Shown in pieces: positions 19,290 through 28,274 of a DNA stretch of 64,000 bases. The DNA comes from Chloroflexota bacterium (GTDB taxonomy: Bacteria > Chloroflexota > Limnocylindria > Limnocylindrales > CSP1-4). Position numbers and translations under genes: made by a program. The notes beneath the pieces were generated by a model. It ran no database searches. It was not told the origin of the DNA and saw nothing but the letters and a program-made list of their open reading frames with translations. Where the stretch lies: assembly GCA_030446555.1 (NCBI GenBank), contig JAUJNA010000001.1, forward strand, positions 238,634-302,633. Direction: 5' to 3'. Numbering within the stretch: the stretch's first letter is position 1; each line of letters starts with the position of its first letter.

Positions 19290-20821
19290 GCCAGAACGAC
19301 CTGATCGCGCTCCTGCCGCTCGTCGTGGTCGTGGGACTTGCCATGGCCGTCGTCATCATCGACATGATCGTCCCCGACCGCGATGACCTCGTGGGCGTCG
19401 TGGCGAGCGGCGGCCTCCTCCTGACGCTCGCCGTGATCGCGGTGGCGGGTCCACTGCCGGGAGGCATCGGACTGCTGCCCGTCGAGGGAGAGCAGCTCTT
19501 CGAGAGCGCCACTGGCGGTGGCGTGCTGGTACGCGACCAGCTGACGGCCTTCCTGGACCTGCTCTTCGTGATGATCGGCCTGCTCAGCCTGCTCTTCGCG
19601 GCCGACTACCTGAAGCCGCGCAACCTGCCCATGGCCGAGTTCGCGGCGACGCTGCTCTTCGCCATCAGCGGCGCGATGCTCCTGGCCGGCGGGCGCGACC
19701 TGCTCATCCTGTTCCTGGGCCTGGAGCTGCTGGTCCTGCCGGGCTACATGCTGGCCGGCTACGCGAAGCGCGATGGCCTCTCGACCGAGGGAGCCGTCAA
19801 GTACTTCCTCCTGGGCAGCTTCTCGAGCGCCATCTTCCTGTTCGGCCTGGCGCTCGTCCTCGGCTTCACGGGCTCCACCCGTGTGGAGGAGATCGCCATC
19901 GTCCTGGCCGGGGTAGCGGCAGGCGACGCGCCGCTCTCCTTGGGATTGGCTATGGGCCTGGCGCTGCTGACCACGGGGGTGGCCTTCAAGATCGCCGCCG
20001 TGCCCTTCCACTACTGGACGCCTGACGCCTATCAGGGCTCGCCCACGCCCGTCACAGGGTATCTCTCGGTCGGGCCGAAGATCGCCGCGTTCGCGCTCAT
20101 CCTGCGCCTCTTCGTCGACGCGCTCGGTCCCTTGAAGGCCGACTGGCTGCCGTTCGTCATCGTGCTGGCGGCTATCACGATGACCCTCGGCAACCTCGTC
20201 GCGATCACGCAGGACAACATCAAGCGGATGCTGGCGTACAGCTCCATCGCTCACACCGGGTACATCCTGGTGGGGTTGGCCGCGTACGCGGCGGCGCCCG
20301 TCCGCTCATATGCCGAGCAGGCCGGTCTCGAGGGTGTGCTGTTCTACAGCGCCGTGTACGCCTTCATGAACCTGGGCGCCTTCGCCTGCGTGGCGGCGCT
20401 CCAGCGCCGGCCGGGGGTCACCAGCCAGATCGCCAGCTTCGCCGGCCTGGGCCGGCGGGCGCCGCTACTGGGCGCGGCCATGTTCCTCTTCCTCCTGTCG
20501 CTCACCGGCATCCCGCCGCTGGCCGGCTTCTGGGCCAAGTGGTACGTGATCCAAGCGGCGCTGCAGGCCGGTGGCCTCGTCGCATGGCTTGCCGTGCTGA
20601 TGATGCTCAACGCCACGGCCGCGGCGTTCTACTACCTGCGCGTGGTCGTCTACATGTACATGCGCGAGGCGCCCGATGCCGCCCGGCCGGTCTCGCTGGG
20701 CGCCTTCACCCGGGTCGGCTTGGTCGTCTCGGCGGCGTTCACGATCCTCATCGGGGTGGCGCCTCCGGTGACCACCGCGGTCATCGACATGGCGAGGCAG
20801 GCGGCACAGGCGCTGCTTTGA
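19286..20821 (+). CDS. nuoN: NADH-quinone oxidoreductase subunit N
   Basis: ATG at 19286 overlaps the nuoM stop (ATGA). NuoN/ND2 motifs (…VPFHYWTPDAYQGSPTPVTGYLSVGPKIAAF…). It is the last gene of the operon. Confidence 0.9.
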   Translation: MSQNDLIALLPLVVVVGLAMAVVIIDMIVPDRDDLVGVVASGGLLLTLAVIAVAGPLPGGIGLLPVEGEQLFESATGGGVLVRDQLTAFLDLLFVMIGLLSLLFAADYLKPRNLPMAEFAATLLFAISGAMLLAGGRDLLILFLGLELLVLPGYMLAGYAKRDGLSTEGAVKYFLLGSFSSAIFLFGLALVLGFTGSTRVEEIAIVLAGVAAGDAPLSLGLAMGLALLTTGVAFKIAAVPFHYWTPDAYQGSPTPVTGYLSVGPKIAAFALILRLFVDALGPLKADWLPFVIVLAAITMTLGNLVAITQDNIKRMLAYSSIAHTGYILVGLAAYAAAPVRSYAEQAGLEGVLFYSAVYAFMNLGAFACVAALQRRPGVTSQIASFAGLGRRAPLLGAAMFLFLLSLTGIPPLAGFWAKWYVIQAALQAGGLVAWLAVLMMLNATAAAFYYLRVVVYMYMREAPDAARPVSLGAFTRVGLVVSAAFTILIGVAPPVTTAVIDMARQAAQALL

Positions 20822-20865
20822 CCGTCGAGCGAGCGGAGGTGCCCGTCCAGCCGGCCGAGGACGGG

Positions 20866-22503
20866 ATGCGACCGTCGGTCACCGCGCAGGAGCGGTCCGA
20901 GGCCTCCGCTCGGGCCCGGGCGATCAGGGAGCCCCTCTCGCGGCTGCTGGTTGGCGATCAGCGGCTCGTCGTCGTCTCCAACCGAGGGCCTCTGTCGTTC
21001 CGCCGCACGCGGGCCGATGCATGGCGTGCCGCACGCGGATCGGGAGGGCTGGTCACCGCGTTGGGCGAGCTGGGCAGGCTCGCACCCGTGACATGGGTCA
21101 GCGCCGCGATGGACGCCGGGGACCGAGCTGCCGGCGAGGCACTGGCGACCACCGGCGACGCCAGTGATCGGCTGCGTCAGGTGATCGCGGACGAGATGCC
21201 TGGCCAGGACCTCGAGCTGCGCCTGGTGGACGTGGAAGACGAGGCGTGGCGGAACCACTACTCGGTGGTCGCCAATCCGTTCCTCTGGTTCCTCCAGCAC
21301 CAGCTGTACCAGCTGCCCTACGAGCCACGGGTCGACGACAGCCTGATCGGCGCCTGGCGCGATGGATACGCCGTGGTCAACGAGCGGCTGGGCCGGGCGG
21401 CCGCGGCGGCGGGCGGCTCGGAGCACCGGCCGGTCATCCTGCTCCAGGACTACCACCTCTACCTCTGCGCTCCGGCGGTCAGAACCCTCCGTCCCGATGC
21501 CATCCTGATGCACTTCAATCACATCCCGTGGCCTTCGGTGGAGGCGTGGCAGGTCCTGCCGCAGGGGATGCGCCGGGCCATCTGCGAGGGGCTCCTGTCC
21601 AACGACATCCTGGGCTTCCAGACCGACCGGCACGCGACGAACTTCCTCCTGGCGGCCGAGGCGTTCGTGCGCGATGCCCACGTGGACCCGTCCGGGCGGA
21701 ATGTGCGCTGGCGGGGCCGGACCATCTGGGTGCGCTCCTATCCCATCTCGCTCGACCCGGGGGCGCTGACCTCGTTCGCCGGCGGACCGGCGGTGCGGAG
21801 CTGGCGGAAGCGGCTGCGCGAGCGCCTGGAGCGAGCCGGCCGCCCACAGGTCATCGTTCGTGTGGACCGCCTGGAGCCGTCCAAGAACGCCTTGCGCGGC
21901 TTCCTCGCCTTCGAGGCACTCCTTGAGCGCGAGCCGGAGCTCCGCCGCGCCGTCCGCTTCATCGCCATCCAGTCGACCAGCCGCGAGAACATCCCCGAGT
22001 ACGCGCGCTATGCCGCTGAGGTGCGCGAGGTCGTCGCGCGGGTGAACGGCATGGGTGACCCGGACGAACAGCCCATCTGGCTCCTGGACGGCACCGACTA
22101 CGCCCTCGCCATCGCGGCTCTCCAGCTGGCGGACGTCGTGCTCGTCAATCCCATCGTGGATGGCATGAACCTGGTGGCGAAGGAGGCCGTCCTGGTCGGC
22201 GAGCCCGTGCTCGTCCTCTCGGAGACGGCCGGCGCGGCGGAGCAGCTGGCCGCAGACAGCCTCACCGTCACCGCAGCTGATGTCGCGGGGACGAGCCGGA
22301 CGCTGCTCGACGCGTTGCGGATGCCGCGGGAGGAGCGCCTCTACCACCTCCGCCGGCTGCGCCAGAGTGTGCGCAACGAGGACCTCTCCTGGTGGCTGGG
22401 ACGTCAGGTCCGGGACCTCGCAGCCGTCGCGAGTGGCGGCCGGCCGCCCAGCCGGCAGCTGCGCGACACGACGCGGCGCTTCGAACCGATCCTTTTCGGT
22501 TAG
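20866..22503 (+). CDS. otsA: alpha,alpha-trehalose-phosphate synthase (GT20)
   Basis: OtsA signature (…LVVVSNRGPLSF…GGLVTALG…ILLQDYHLYLCAPAVR…DRLEPSKN…VNPIVDGMNLVAKE…). Start taken at ATG 20866; the ORF extends upstream to 20539. Confidence 0.85.
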   Translation: MRPSVTAQERSEASARARAIREPLSRLLVGDQRLVVVSNRGPLSFRRTRADAWRAARGSGGLVTALGELGRLAPVTWVSAAMDAGDRAAGEALATTGDASDRLRQVIADEMPGQDLELRLVDVEDEAWRNHYSVVANPFLWFLQHQLYQLPYEPRVDDSLIGAWRDGYAVVNERLGRAAAAAGGSEHRPVILLQDYHLYLCAPAVRTLRPDAILMHFNHIPWPSVEAWQVLPQGMRRAICEGLLSNDILGFQTDRHATNFLLAAEAFVRDAHVDPSGRNVRWRGRTIWVRSYPISLDPGALTSFAGGPAVRSWRKRLRERLERAGRPQVIVRVDRLEPSKNALRGFLAFEALLEREPELRRAVRFIAIQSTSRENIPEYARYAAEVREVVARVNGMGDPDEQPIWLLDGTDYALAIAALQLADVVLVNPIVDGMNLVAKEAVLVGEPVLVLSETAGAAEQLAADSLTVTAADVAGTSRTLLDALRMPREERLYHLRRLRQSVRNEDLSWWLGRQVRDLAAVASGGRPPSRQLRDTTRRFEPILFG

Positions 22504-23444
22504 GAGGCCTTCGCGGGCGGCCGCGCCATGGCCGCGGAGCGTTGCGCCATCTCTCCCGTGGGGGCTGCCTCCAAGGTGCTGGCTCCACCCAGCCTGCGCG
22601 CGAGGCCGGCCAGGAAGCGCGCCGCCTCGACCGGCGAGGCGAGGAGGAGGTCGGCCGCCTCGGTCACCTGGGGCGGTACCTCGGAGCGCGCCTGCACCGC
22701 GAGCGCCAGCCCATCGGTCTGCCCGCTTCGGCGGGCGCGGGCAAGTGTTTGGAATGCCTCCGCGTCCGAGATGTCGTCGCCCAGGGTGAACACCGCCCGA
22801 GGTCGATGCTCACGGATCAACGTCGCCATCGCCTGGCCCTTGTCCGGCACTCCCGGCGGCCGCAACTCGAGCACCCGTCGACCGGGGAACCGGATGAGGA
22901 TCCGCTCGGGGTCCAGGCGCTCCACCTCCTCGCGGATGCGGGCACCGGCGGCGTCGACGTCGGGCGCTCCGCGGAAGTGGAAAGCCACGGCCGGAGGCTT
23001 GCGCTCGACGACCAGCCAGGGTTCGCCGATGGCAGCGGCCACCGCGGTGGCCAGGTGCTCGGCGATCTCGCTGAAGCGGTCGTCCACCCTGACCACTTCG
23101 ACCTGGAGCGACCTCACTCGCTGCCGCCGCTGGAGGCGTCCTGACTCGACGCCGTGATTGCCGAGATAGCTCGCGCCCCCGATCCGCGTCCGCTCCGCCA
23201 CGTCGGATGCCCGCCGCCCCGAGAGGATGGCCACGTGGACGTCATCTACGCCGGCCAGGAGCCGCAGCGCGCGACGCGCAAGGGGCAGCATCACCGCACC
23301 CCATGGATCCAGGACGATGGGACTCAGCGTGCCATCGAAGTCGGAGACTATGAGCAACGGTCGAGTGGACAGGAAAGGCGCGGCACGCCGCAGGGCTTCA
23401 CCCGCCGTCACGGCGGCCGCCGCGGTGGGCGTGACCGCCGTCAC
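22500..23444 (-). CDS. otsB: trehalose-6-phosphate phosphatase (HAD family)
   Basis: HAD motif I LLIVSDFDGTLSPIV and the OtsB-like core. GTG start (complement of 23442-23444) overlaps the stop of the upstream TlpA-like gene (GTGA). Its end overlaps the otsA stop by 4 nt (convergent). Confidence 0.8.
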   Translation of the reverse strand: MTAVTPTAAAAVTAGEALRRAAPFLSTRPLLIVSDFDGTLSPIVLDPWGAVMLPLARRALRLLAGVDDVHVAILSGRRASDVAERTRIGGASYLGNHGVESGRLQRRQRVRSLQVEVVRVDDRFSEIAEHLATAVAAAIGEPWLVVERKPPAVAFHFRGAPDVDAAGARIREEVERLDPERILIRFPGRRVLELRPPGVPDKGQAMATLIREHRPRAVFTLGDDISDAEAFQTLARARRSGQTDGLALAVQARSEVPPQVTEAADLLLASPVEAARFLAGLARRLGGASTLEAAPTGEMAQRSAAMARPPAKAS

Positions 23445-24175
23445 GGTGCCAGCGAGGCGTCGGGCAGCACGGTGTGCACCCCGTCGATGAATTGTTGCGG
23501 CCCCGCACCGCCGTAGAGGAAGCCGCCCACTCGCCCGTCCGGTCCGATCCAGTAGTGCACCGGCAGCGCGTAGGCGCCCCATGCCTGCTGGGCCGCGCCG
23601 TCCATGTCGAGGCCCACCGGCAGGTCGACCGCCAGAGCGGTCATGAACGATGCCACCCTGTCCTGGTCCTCTCGCACGTCGATGACGATGATCGTCATCC
23701 GCTCCCCGAGCTGCCCCTGCAGGCGCTCCATGACCGGCAGCTCGTCGACGCACGGCGGGCACCACGTGGCCATGAAATTGACCCACACCGGCTTGCCGGC
23801 GAGTGCCGCGGTGTCGATCTCGGCGCCGCCGCCGCCCAGCTGCGGCACGGTGAGCCGTGGCGCGACGTCACCCACCGAGAGACCGACCTCCGGGCCCTCG
23901 CTCGGTCGGGATGACGGGCTGGGCTCCGTCGTCGGGCCGCTGGCCGCGGGCGTCGGGCTCGCCGCCGCCGTGGACGAGGGCGAGCCGGCCGGCCCGGATG
24001 TCGCGGTGGGGGCCGGTGTGGTGTCAGGGCCAGCGGGTGTCGGCGCGGCGGCGACCGGCGGGGGGGTCGGGATGGCGGGGCCGGGTCGCCCGAGCGCGAG
24101 CGCCACGAAGCCGGCGCCGGCCAACAGGACGACGAGCAGAGCGGCCATGACGCCGACGGCGATGGGACCCCGCAT
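23441..24175 (-). CDS. TlpA/ResA-like thiol-disulfide oxidoreductase (thioredoxin fold, membrane-anchored)
   Basis: An N-terminal TM helix is followed by a Pro/Thr/Ala-rich linker and a thioredoxin domain with a WCPPC active site (…VWVNFMATWCPPCVDELPVMERL…). Start assumed at M25 of the ORF. Confidence 0.75.
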   Translation of the reverse strand: MRGPIAVGVMAALLVVLLAGAGFVALALGRPGPAIPTPPPVAAAPTPAGPDTTPAPTATSGPAGSPSSTAAASPTPAASGPTTEPSPSSRPSEGPEVGLSVGDVAPRLTVPQLGGGGAEIDTAALAGKPVWVNFMATWCPPCVDELPVMERLQGQLGERMTIIVIDVREDQDRVASFMTALAVDLPVGLDMDGAAQQAWGAYALPVHYWIGPDGRVGGFLYGGAGPQQFIDGVHTVLPDASLAP

Positions 24176-24256
24176 CGGCGGCGAGTGTACGCCGGGGCCT
24201 GCCTCCGGTCCCTCGGTCGGGGCGGGTGGCGGGCGAGCCGGTACCATCGCCGCTCG

Positions 24257-25075
24257 ATGCGCCTCCTCCGCGCCCTCGATCGGGTGCTTCCGCCGCTCCT
24301 CATGGCAGCCGGTATCACGCTGCTCGCCGGTGGTCTGCTCTCCTACGGTGCGCCGGTCGCAGGCGAGGATCTCGCCGGTCTACCCTCATCCGCGGCACAG
24401 CCGGTCGCGAGTCTCCCGCCCGATCCGCACGGTGCGCCGCCGGTCGGCTCGCGGCCCTCGCCGGGATCATCGACCGCGTCGCCCGGCCCCGGTCGGCCGC
24501 CCAGCGCGACTTCTCGGCCAGGTCCATCGCTCTCCCCGGGACCATCTGTCTCGGCTGCGCCGTCGTATGCGCCGGGGGCAGTGGTCACGCGCGTCGTCGT
24601 CCCCTCGGAGGGGATCGACCTGCCCGTGATCTCACGCGCCCAACGCGTGCCCCGCCAAGGGCCCGACCGTTTCCCACCGTGCGACGTGGCCCTCTTCCAT
24701 GATGCATTCGCGCAGCCGGGGGAGGATGGCGCGACGTACATCTACGCCCATGCCCAGGCGGGCATGTTCCTGCCCCTGCTGGAGGCATCGCTTCGGCGTG
24801 ATGGCGCCTCGCTCATCGGCGCGCTCGTGGAGGTGTACACCGACGACGACCGTCTCTACCTGTACGAGATCATCCAGGTCAAGCGCCACGCGCTCGACTT
24901 CTCCCTGGCGCTCGACGTGCCGCCTGGTGAGCGACGGCTGGTCCTCCAGACGAGCGAAGGGCCGGTGGGCACGGTGCCCAAGCTGCAGATCGCCGCCGAG
25001 CCCATCAGCGAGCTCCCCGCGGATCCCGCCGAGGCGCACCCGGAGCCTCGGCCGCGCGCCTGCTACGGCGGGTGA
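24257..25075 (+). CDS. sortase-fold-like secreted/membrane protein (class F sortase-like, catalytic Cys apparently absent)
   Basis: An N-terminal TM/signal and a Pro/Ser-rich linker are followed by a sortase-like core (…TRVVVPSEGIDLPVISRAQ…GATYIYAHAQAGMFLPLLEASLRRDGASLIGALVEVYTDDDRLYLYEI…RRLVLQTSEGP…). A Ser occupies the position where the TLxTC cysteine is expected. Confidence 0.5.
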   Translation: MRLLRALDRVLPPLLMAAGITLLAGGLLSYGAPVAGEDLAGLPSSAAQPVASLPPDPHGAPPVGSRPSPGSSTASPGPGRPPSATSRPGPSLSPGPSVSAAPSYAPGAVVTRVVVPSEGIDLPVISRAQRVPRQGPDRFPPCDVALFHDAFAQPGEDGATYIYAHAQAGMFLPLLEASLRRDGASLIGALVEVYTDDDRLYLYEIIQVKRHALDFSLALDVPPGERRLVLQTSEGPVGTVPKLQIAAEPISELPADPAEAHPEPRPRACYGG

Positions 25076-25093
25076 CCGGTACCGCGCCGCGGA

Positions 25094-26137
25094 TCAGATC
25101 CAGCCGATGCGGCGGAAGTAGACGAGGGCGCCGGCGCCCAGGGCCACCACGAAACCGGTGACGATCCAGAACCCCGGGGCCTCGGCGAACTCCAGGGCGA
25201 GGCCCGCTTCGCTCATGCCGAAGATGCCGGCCACGGCGCCCACCCCCGCCAGGATCACCGTCACGGCCGTCAGGCGCTTCATGACCTCGGAGAGGTTGTT
25301 GTTGACGGTCGAGAGATAGGCGTCGAGGGTGGTGCCGACGAGCTCGCGGTAGCTGTCCGACTCATCGCTGAGCCGGATGAGATGGTCGTAGACGTCGCGG
25401 AAGTAGAGGACCCGCGCGGGGTCGATGAACGGGTTCTCCCGGTTGGTGAGCTGGTTGAACACCTCACGCTCCGGGTTGATCGCGTGGCGGATGGTGAGCA
25501 GATCGCGGCGCACCGCAAAGAGTCGCTCCACCACCCACGAGCTGGGGCGGCCCAGGACATCGGCCTGGAGCTCGTCGATCTCGTCGCCCAGGCGGTCGAA
25601 GACCGGGAAGTAGCCGTCCACGGCGGCGTCGACCACCGCCCAGAGCATGTGGTCGGCCCCCGCGCCCAGGTAGTGGGCCACGCCGTTCCGACGGATGTTC
25701 GGTGCGTCCAGGGGTCGCCAGGAGGCGGTGTGGGAGGTCAGCAGGAAGCGGGCACCGAGCACGATGTCGAGCTCGATGGGGACGACCTCGCCGTCGTAGG
25801 CCAGGGCGAAGAGCACCAGATGCATCGTGCCGTCGGTGTACTCCACCTTGGCCCGCTGGTTGCGCTCCACGATGTCCTCGACCGTCAGGTCGTGCAGCCC
25901 CAAGCATGCTGCGAGCGATCTCAGGGTCCGCTCGGAGGCCTCCTCCACGTCGATCCAGAGGCGCGTGTCGGGATCCGCGTAGGCAGCCTGGATGGCGCCC
26001 GGATCGTCCACCTGGGCGAGGGTCTCCCCCGGCCGCCAGATGGACGCGCAGAGCAGCTCACCCTCGGCGGGCGACTGCCCGGGACCGTGCCCGTCGGGCG
26101 CTTCCTCAGAGGGCGAGGGCAGGCTCGTGGACCTCAT
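25094..26137 (-). CDS. corA: CorA-family divalent cation transporter
   Basis: CorA cytoplasmic domain plus two C-terminal TM helices. The motif reads GIFGMSE (a GMN-like variant). Start uncertain (M1 at 26158 or M8 at 26137); it overlaps the 3' end of the upstream MFS gene. Confidence 0.75.
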   Translation of the reverse strand: MRSTSLPSPSEEAPDGHGPGQSPAEGELLCASIWRPGETLAQVDDPGAIQAAYADPDTRLWIDVEEASERTLRSLAACLGLHDLTVEDIVERNQRAKVEYTDGTMHLVLFALAYDGEVVPIELDIVLGARFLLTSHTASWRPLDAPNIRRNGVAHYLGAGADHMLWAVVDAAVDGYFPVFDRLGDEIDELQADVLGRPSSWVVERLFAVRRDLLTIRHAINPEREVFNQLTNRENPFIDPARVLYFRDVYDHLIRLSDESDSYRELVGTTLDAYLSTVNNNLSEVMKRLTAVTVILAGVGAVAGIFGMSEAGLALEFAEAPGFWIVTGFVVALGAGALVYFRRIGWI

Positions 26138-27740
26138 CGTCGACGACCGGTCGCTCATCTGTTCGGATGATGCGCTCCTCGGTCACGCGGCGCGAGGGGT
26201 CGCGCATCAGCAGGGTCGGCAGGACGGCGATGACGAGGACCGCCGCCGCGACCAGGAAGAGCCCCGAGAGGATGGCCGCTGCCTGCAGGCTGGCCCACGT
26301 CTCGAGGGCCTCGATGACCAGGTTGCTCTCGAGTGGCCGTCCGCGGAGGGCCGGCGGTAGCACCTCGTCACGGGCCACCGGATCGACCAGGACCACGCTC
26401 AGTGACTCGATGCGTCGTGACCCGAAGCCGGTCAGGATGGCCAGGCCCACGGCCATGCCGATCATGCGCGCGACGGTCACGCCGGCCGATGCCACGCCGA
26501 ACGCGGCGCGCCCCAGCGCCTCCACCGCGACGGTGCTGCGCGGCGTGACGGTCAGGCCGAAGCCAAGGCCGAAGAGTCCCAGCGCGGCCACGACAATGGT
26601 CAGGTCGGTCTCCGGGCCGGCCAGTGCCAGCGCGGCCATGCCCGCGATGGCCATGATCAGCCCCAGCAGGCTGAGCACGACCGCCGAGAGAAGGCGCATC
26701 GCGAAGCCCGCGCCCAGGGCTCCGATGGCCGTCGCTGCCGCCAGCGCGCCGAGCACCACGCGCTGCTCGTCCGGACCGGCGTATCGGACCCGGTCGACGA
26801 AGACGGCTGCGCCGATGATGGCCGTGGCGAGTGCGTAACCGGTCAGGAGGCTGAGCAGGACCGCTGCCGCGAAGGTCCGGTCGCGCAGCATCCGCACGTC
26901 AAGGAACGGCTCCCGTGTGCGCGCGTTGCGTGCCACGGCGAGGACCGCCAGGACGGCCGCCACCACCCCCAGGACGAGCGGGCTCAGGAGCGGGTCGGCC
27001 TCCGCAGTCTCTTCCCCGAGCCGCGTCAGCGCCAGCAGGCCGGTGGCAAGGGCCGCGGTGAACAGCGAAGCACCGAAGATGTCGAGACCCGCACGATGGG
27101 CCGGGCGGGGCCAGGTGGGGGCCGCCGCCCACGTGTAGACGAGCGCCAGCACGGCGAACGGCGCCCCGAGGTAGAAGACCCAGCGCCAGGCGGGCGCCGC
27201 GAGCGCCATGAGGGGAGAGTCCCCCAGGCCGGACGCCCGGAACGCGGCAGCGAGCTCGAACCGCTCCAGCACGATCGACCCCGCGAACGGCCCGAGCGCC
27301 ATGCCCAGGAACGTGAGGGCCCCCACGACCCCCAGCGCCCGGGCGCGCGCCCCTCCCTCGAAGAGGTGGCTGGCTCCGGCCGTCGCGAGGGGCACGATGG
27401 CCCCCGCGCCGATCCCTTGGAGCGCCCGCGCGGCGATGAGCTGGTCCAGCGACTGCGCCGCGCCCGAGAGGGCGGAACCCACGGCGAACACCAGCAGTGA
27501 TAGCACGAACAGGCGGGGCAGGCCGTAGCGGTCGGCGGCGCGTCCGGCGAGTGGCATCGTCGCGATGTAGGTGACGGCGTAGCCGTTGACGATCCATGAC
27601 GCGCGGCGGAGTTCGGTCCAGCCGGCAAGGTCGGCCACGATGGCCGGTAGCGCGACCGCGGTGATCATCAGCTCGACGCCCACGAGCAAAGCTCCGCCCG
27701 CGAGAGCCGCCAGCAACAGGTTCCGGGCGCGGCTGCTCAT
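26106..27740 (-). CDS. MFS transporter (DHA2-like, 14 TM)
   Basis: 544 aa. MFS motifs (…MPLAGRAADRYGLPRLF…) and a multi-TM hydropathy pattern. Divergent from arsR. Confidence 0.85.
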   Translation of the reverse strand: MSSRARNLLLAALAGGALLVGVELMITAVALPAIVADLAGWTELRRASWIVNGYAVTYIATMPLAGRAADRYGLPRLFVLSLLVFAVGSALSGAAQSLDQLIAARALQGIGAGAIVPLATAGASHLFEGGARARALGVVGALTFLGMALGPFAGSIVLERFELAAAFRASGLGDSPLMALAAPAWRWVFYLGAPFAVLALVYTWAAAPTWPRPAHRAGLDIFGASLFTAALATGLLALTRLGEETAEADPLLSPLVLGVVAAVLAVLAVARNARTREPFLDVRMLRDRTFAAAVLLSLLTGYALATAIIGAAVFVDRVRYAGPDEQRVVLGALAAATAIGALGAGFAMRLLSAVVLSLLGLIMAIAGMAALALAGPETDLTIVVAALGLFGLGFGLTVTPRSTVAVEALGRAAFGVASAGVTVARMIGMAVGLAILTGFGSRRIESLSVVLVDPVARDEVLPPALRGRPLESNLVIEALETWASLQAAAILSGLFLVAAAVLVIAVLPTLLMRDPSRRVTEERIIRTDERPVVDDEVHEPALAL

Positions 27741-27810
27741 CCGATGGGAGTGTAAGCGTCACCCTCGCGTCTTCCCGTGTGGCGGCCCTTCCTGGGACGG
27801 ACAGGGACGG

Positions 27811-27839
27811 TTGACATCACCTCGCTGGCGCAGTAGCAT
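27811..27839 (+). promoter_or_regulatory. sigma70-like promoter for the ArsR-family gene (TTGACA-17 bp-TAGCAT)
   Basis: TTGACA at 27811-27816 and TAGCAT at 27834-27839 with a 17-nt spacer, 88 bp upstream of the arsR-like start. Confidence 0.55.
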
Positions 27840-27840
27840 C

Positions 27841-27868
27841 AAACGCCCTTTATATGAAGCGGCGTTGA
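27841..27868. promoter_or_regulatory. putative ArsR/SmtB-type operator (inverted repeat CAAACGCC-N12-GGCGTTGA around an AT-rich core)
   Basis: AACGCC (27842-27847) … ctttatatgaagc … GGCGTT (27861-27866), immediately downstream of the -10 element. This is the typical position for autorepression. Confidence 0.45.
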
Positions 27869-27926
27869 TGTATCGCCGTTCGAACGACCCGGCCCCAGGC
27901 GCCGCTCGAAGGAGACCCTCCACCTC

Positions 27927-28274
27927 GTGCCCACACCTGCCCGCATCCGATCCACGCTGGCCATGATCGCCGCCCCGCCGGAGGATCTGCGCGATGTCGC
28001 CGTCTACCACAAGACGCTGGCCGACCCGACCCGCCTGCGCCTGCTGCGGCGTCTGGTCATCGGGCCGGCCACGGTGACGGAGCTCATCGACCATGTGGAT
28101 CTGAGCCAGCCGCTGGTCTCGTGGCACCTCAGACGGCTGAAGGCGGCCGGTCTGGTGGAGACGCAGCGCAACGGCCGCGAGGTCATCTGCTCGCTGCGAC
28201 GCGAGGCGTTCGACGCTACCAGCAGCGCGCGCGCGCTCCTCGGCCTCGTCGAGACCTCACCGAGCGCCGCGTGA
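27927..28274 (+). CDS. ArsR/SmtB-family transcriptional regulator
   Basis: 115-aa winged-HTH protein (…YHKTLADPTRLRLLRRLVIGPATVTELIDHVDLSQPLVSWHLRRLKAAGLV…). Confidence 0.85.
   Translation: MPTPARIRSTLAMIAAPPEDLRDVAVYHKTLADPTRLRLLRRLVIGPATVTELIDHVDLSQPLVSWHLRRLKAAGLVETQRNGREVICSLRREAFDATSSARALLGLVETSPSAA

Noticed and set aside
12462-20254. Series of long minus-strand ORFs (12462-14678, 15001-16956, 17694-19127, 19121-20254)
   Set aside because: All lie antisense to strongly conserved plus-strand genes (GltD-like, nuoL, nuoM, nuoN) and have R/G/P/D-rich low-complexity translations.
20650-22347. 565-aa minus-strand ORF
   Set aside because: Antisense to otsA.
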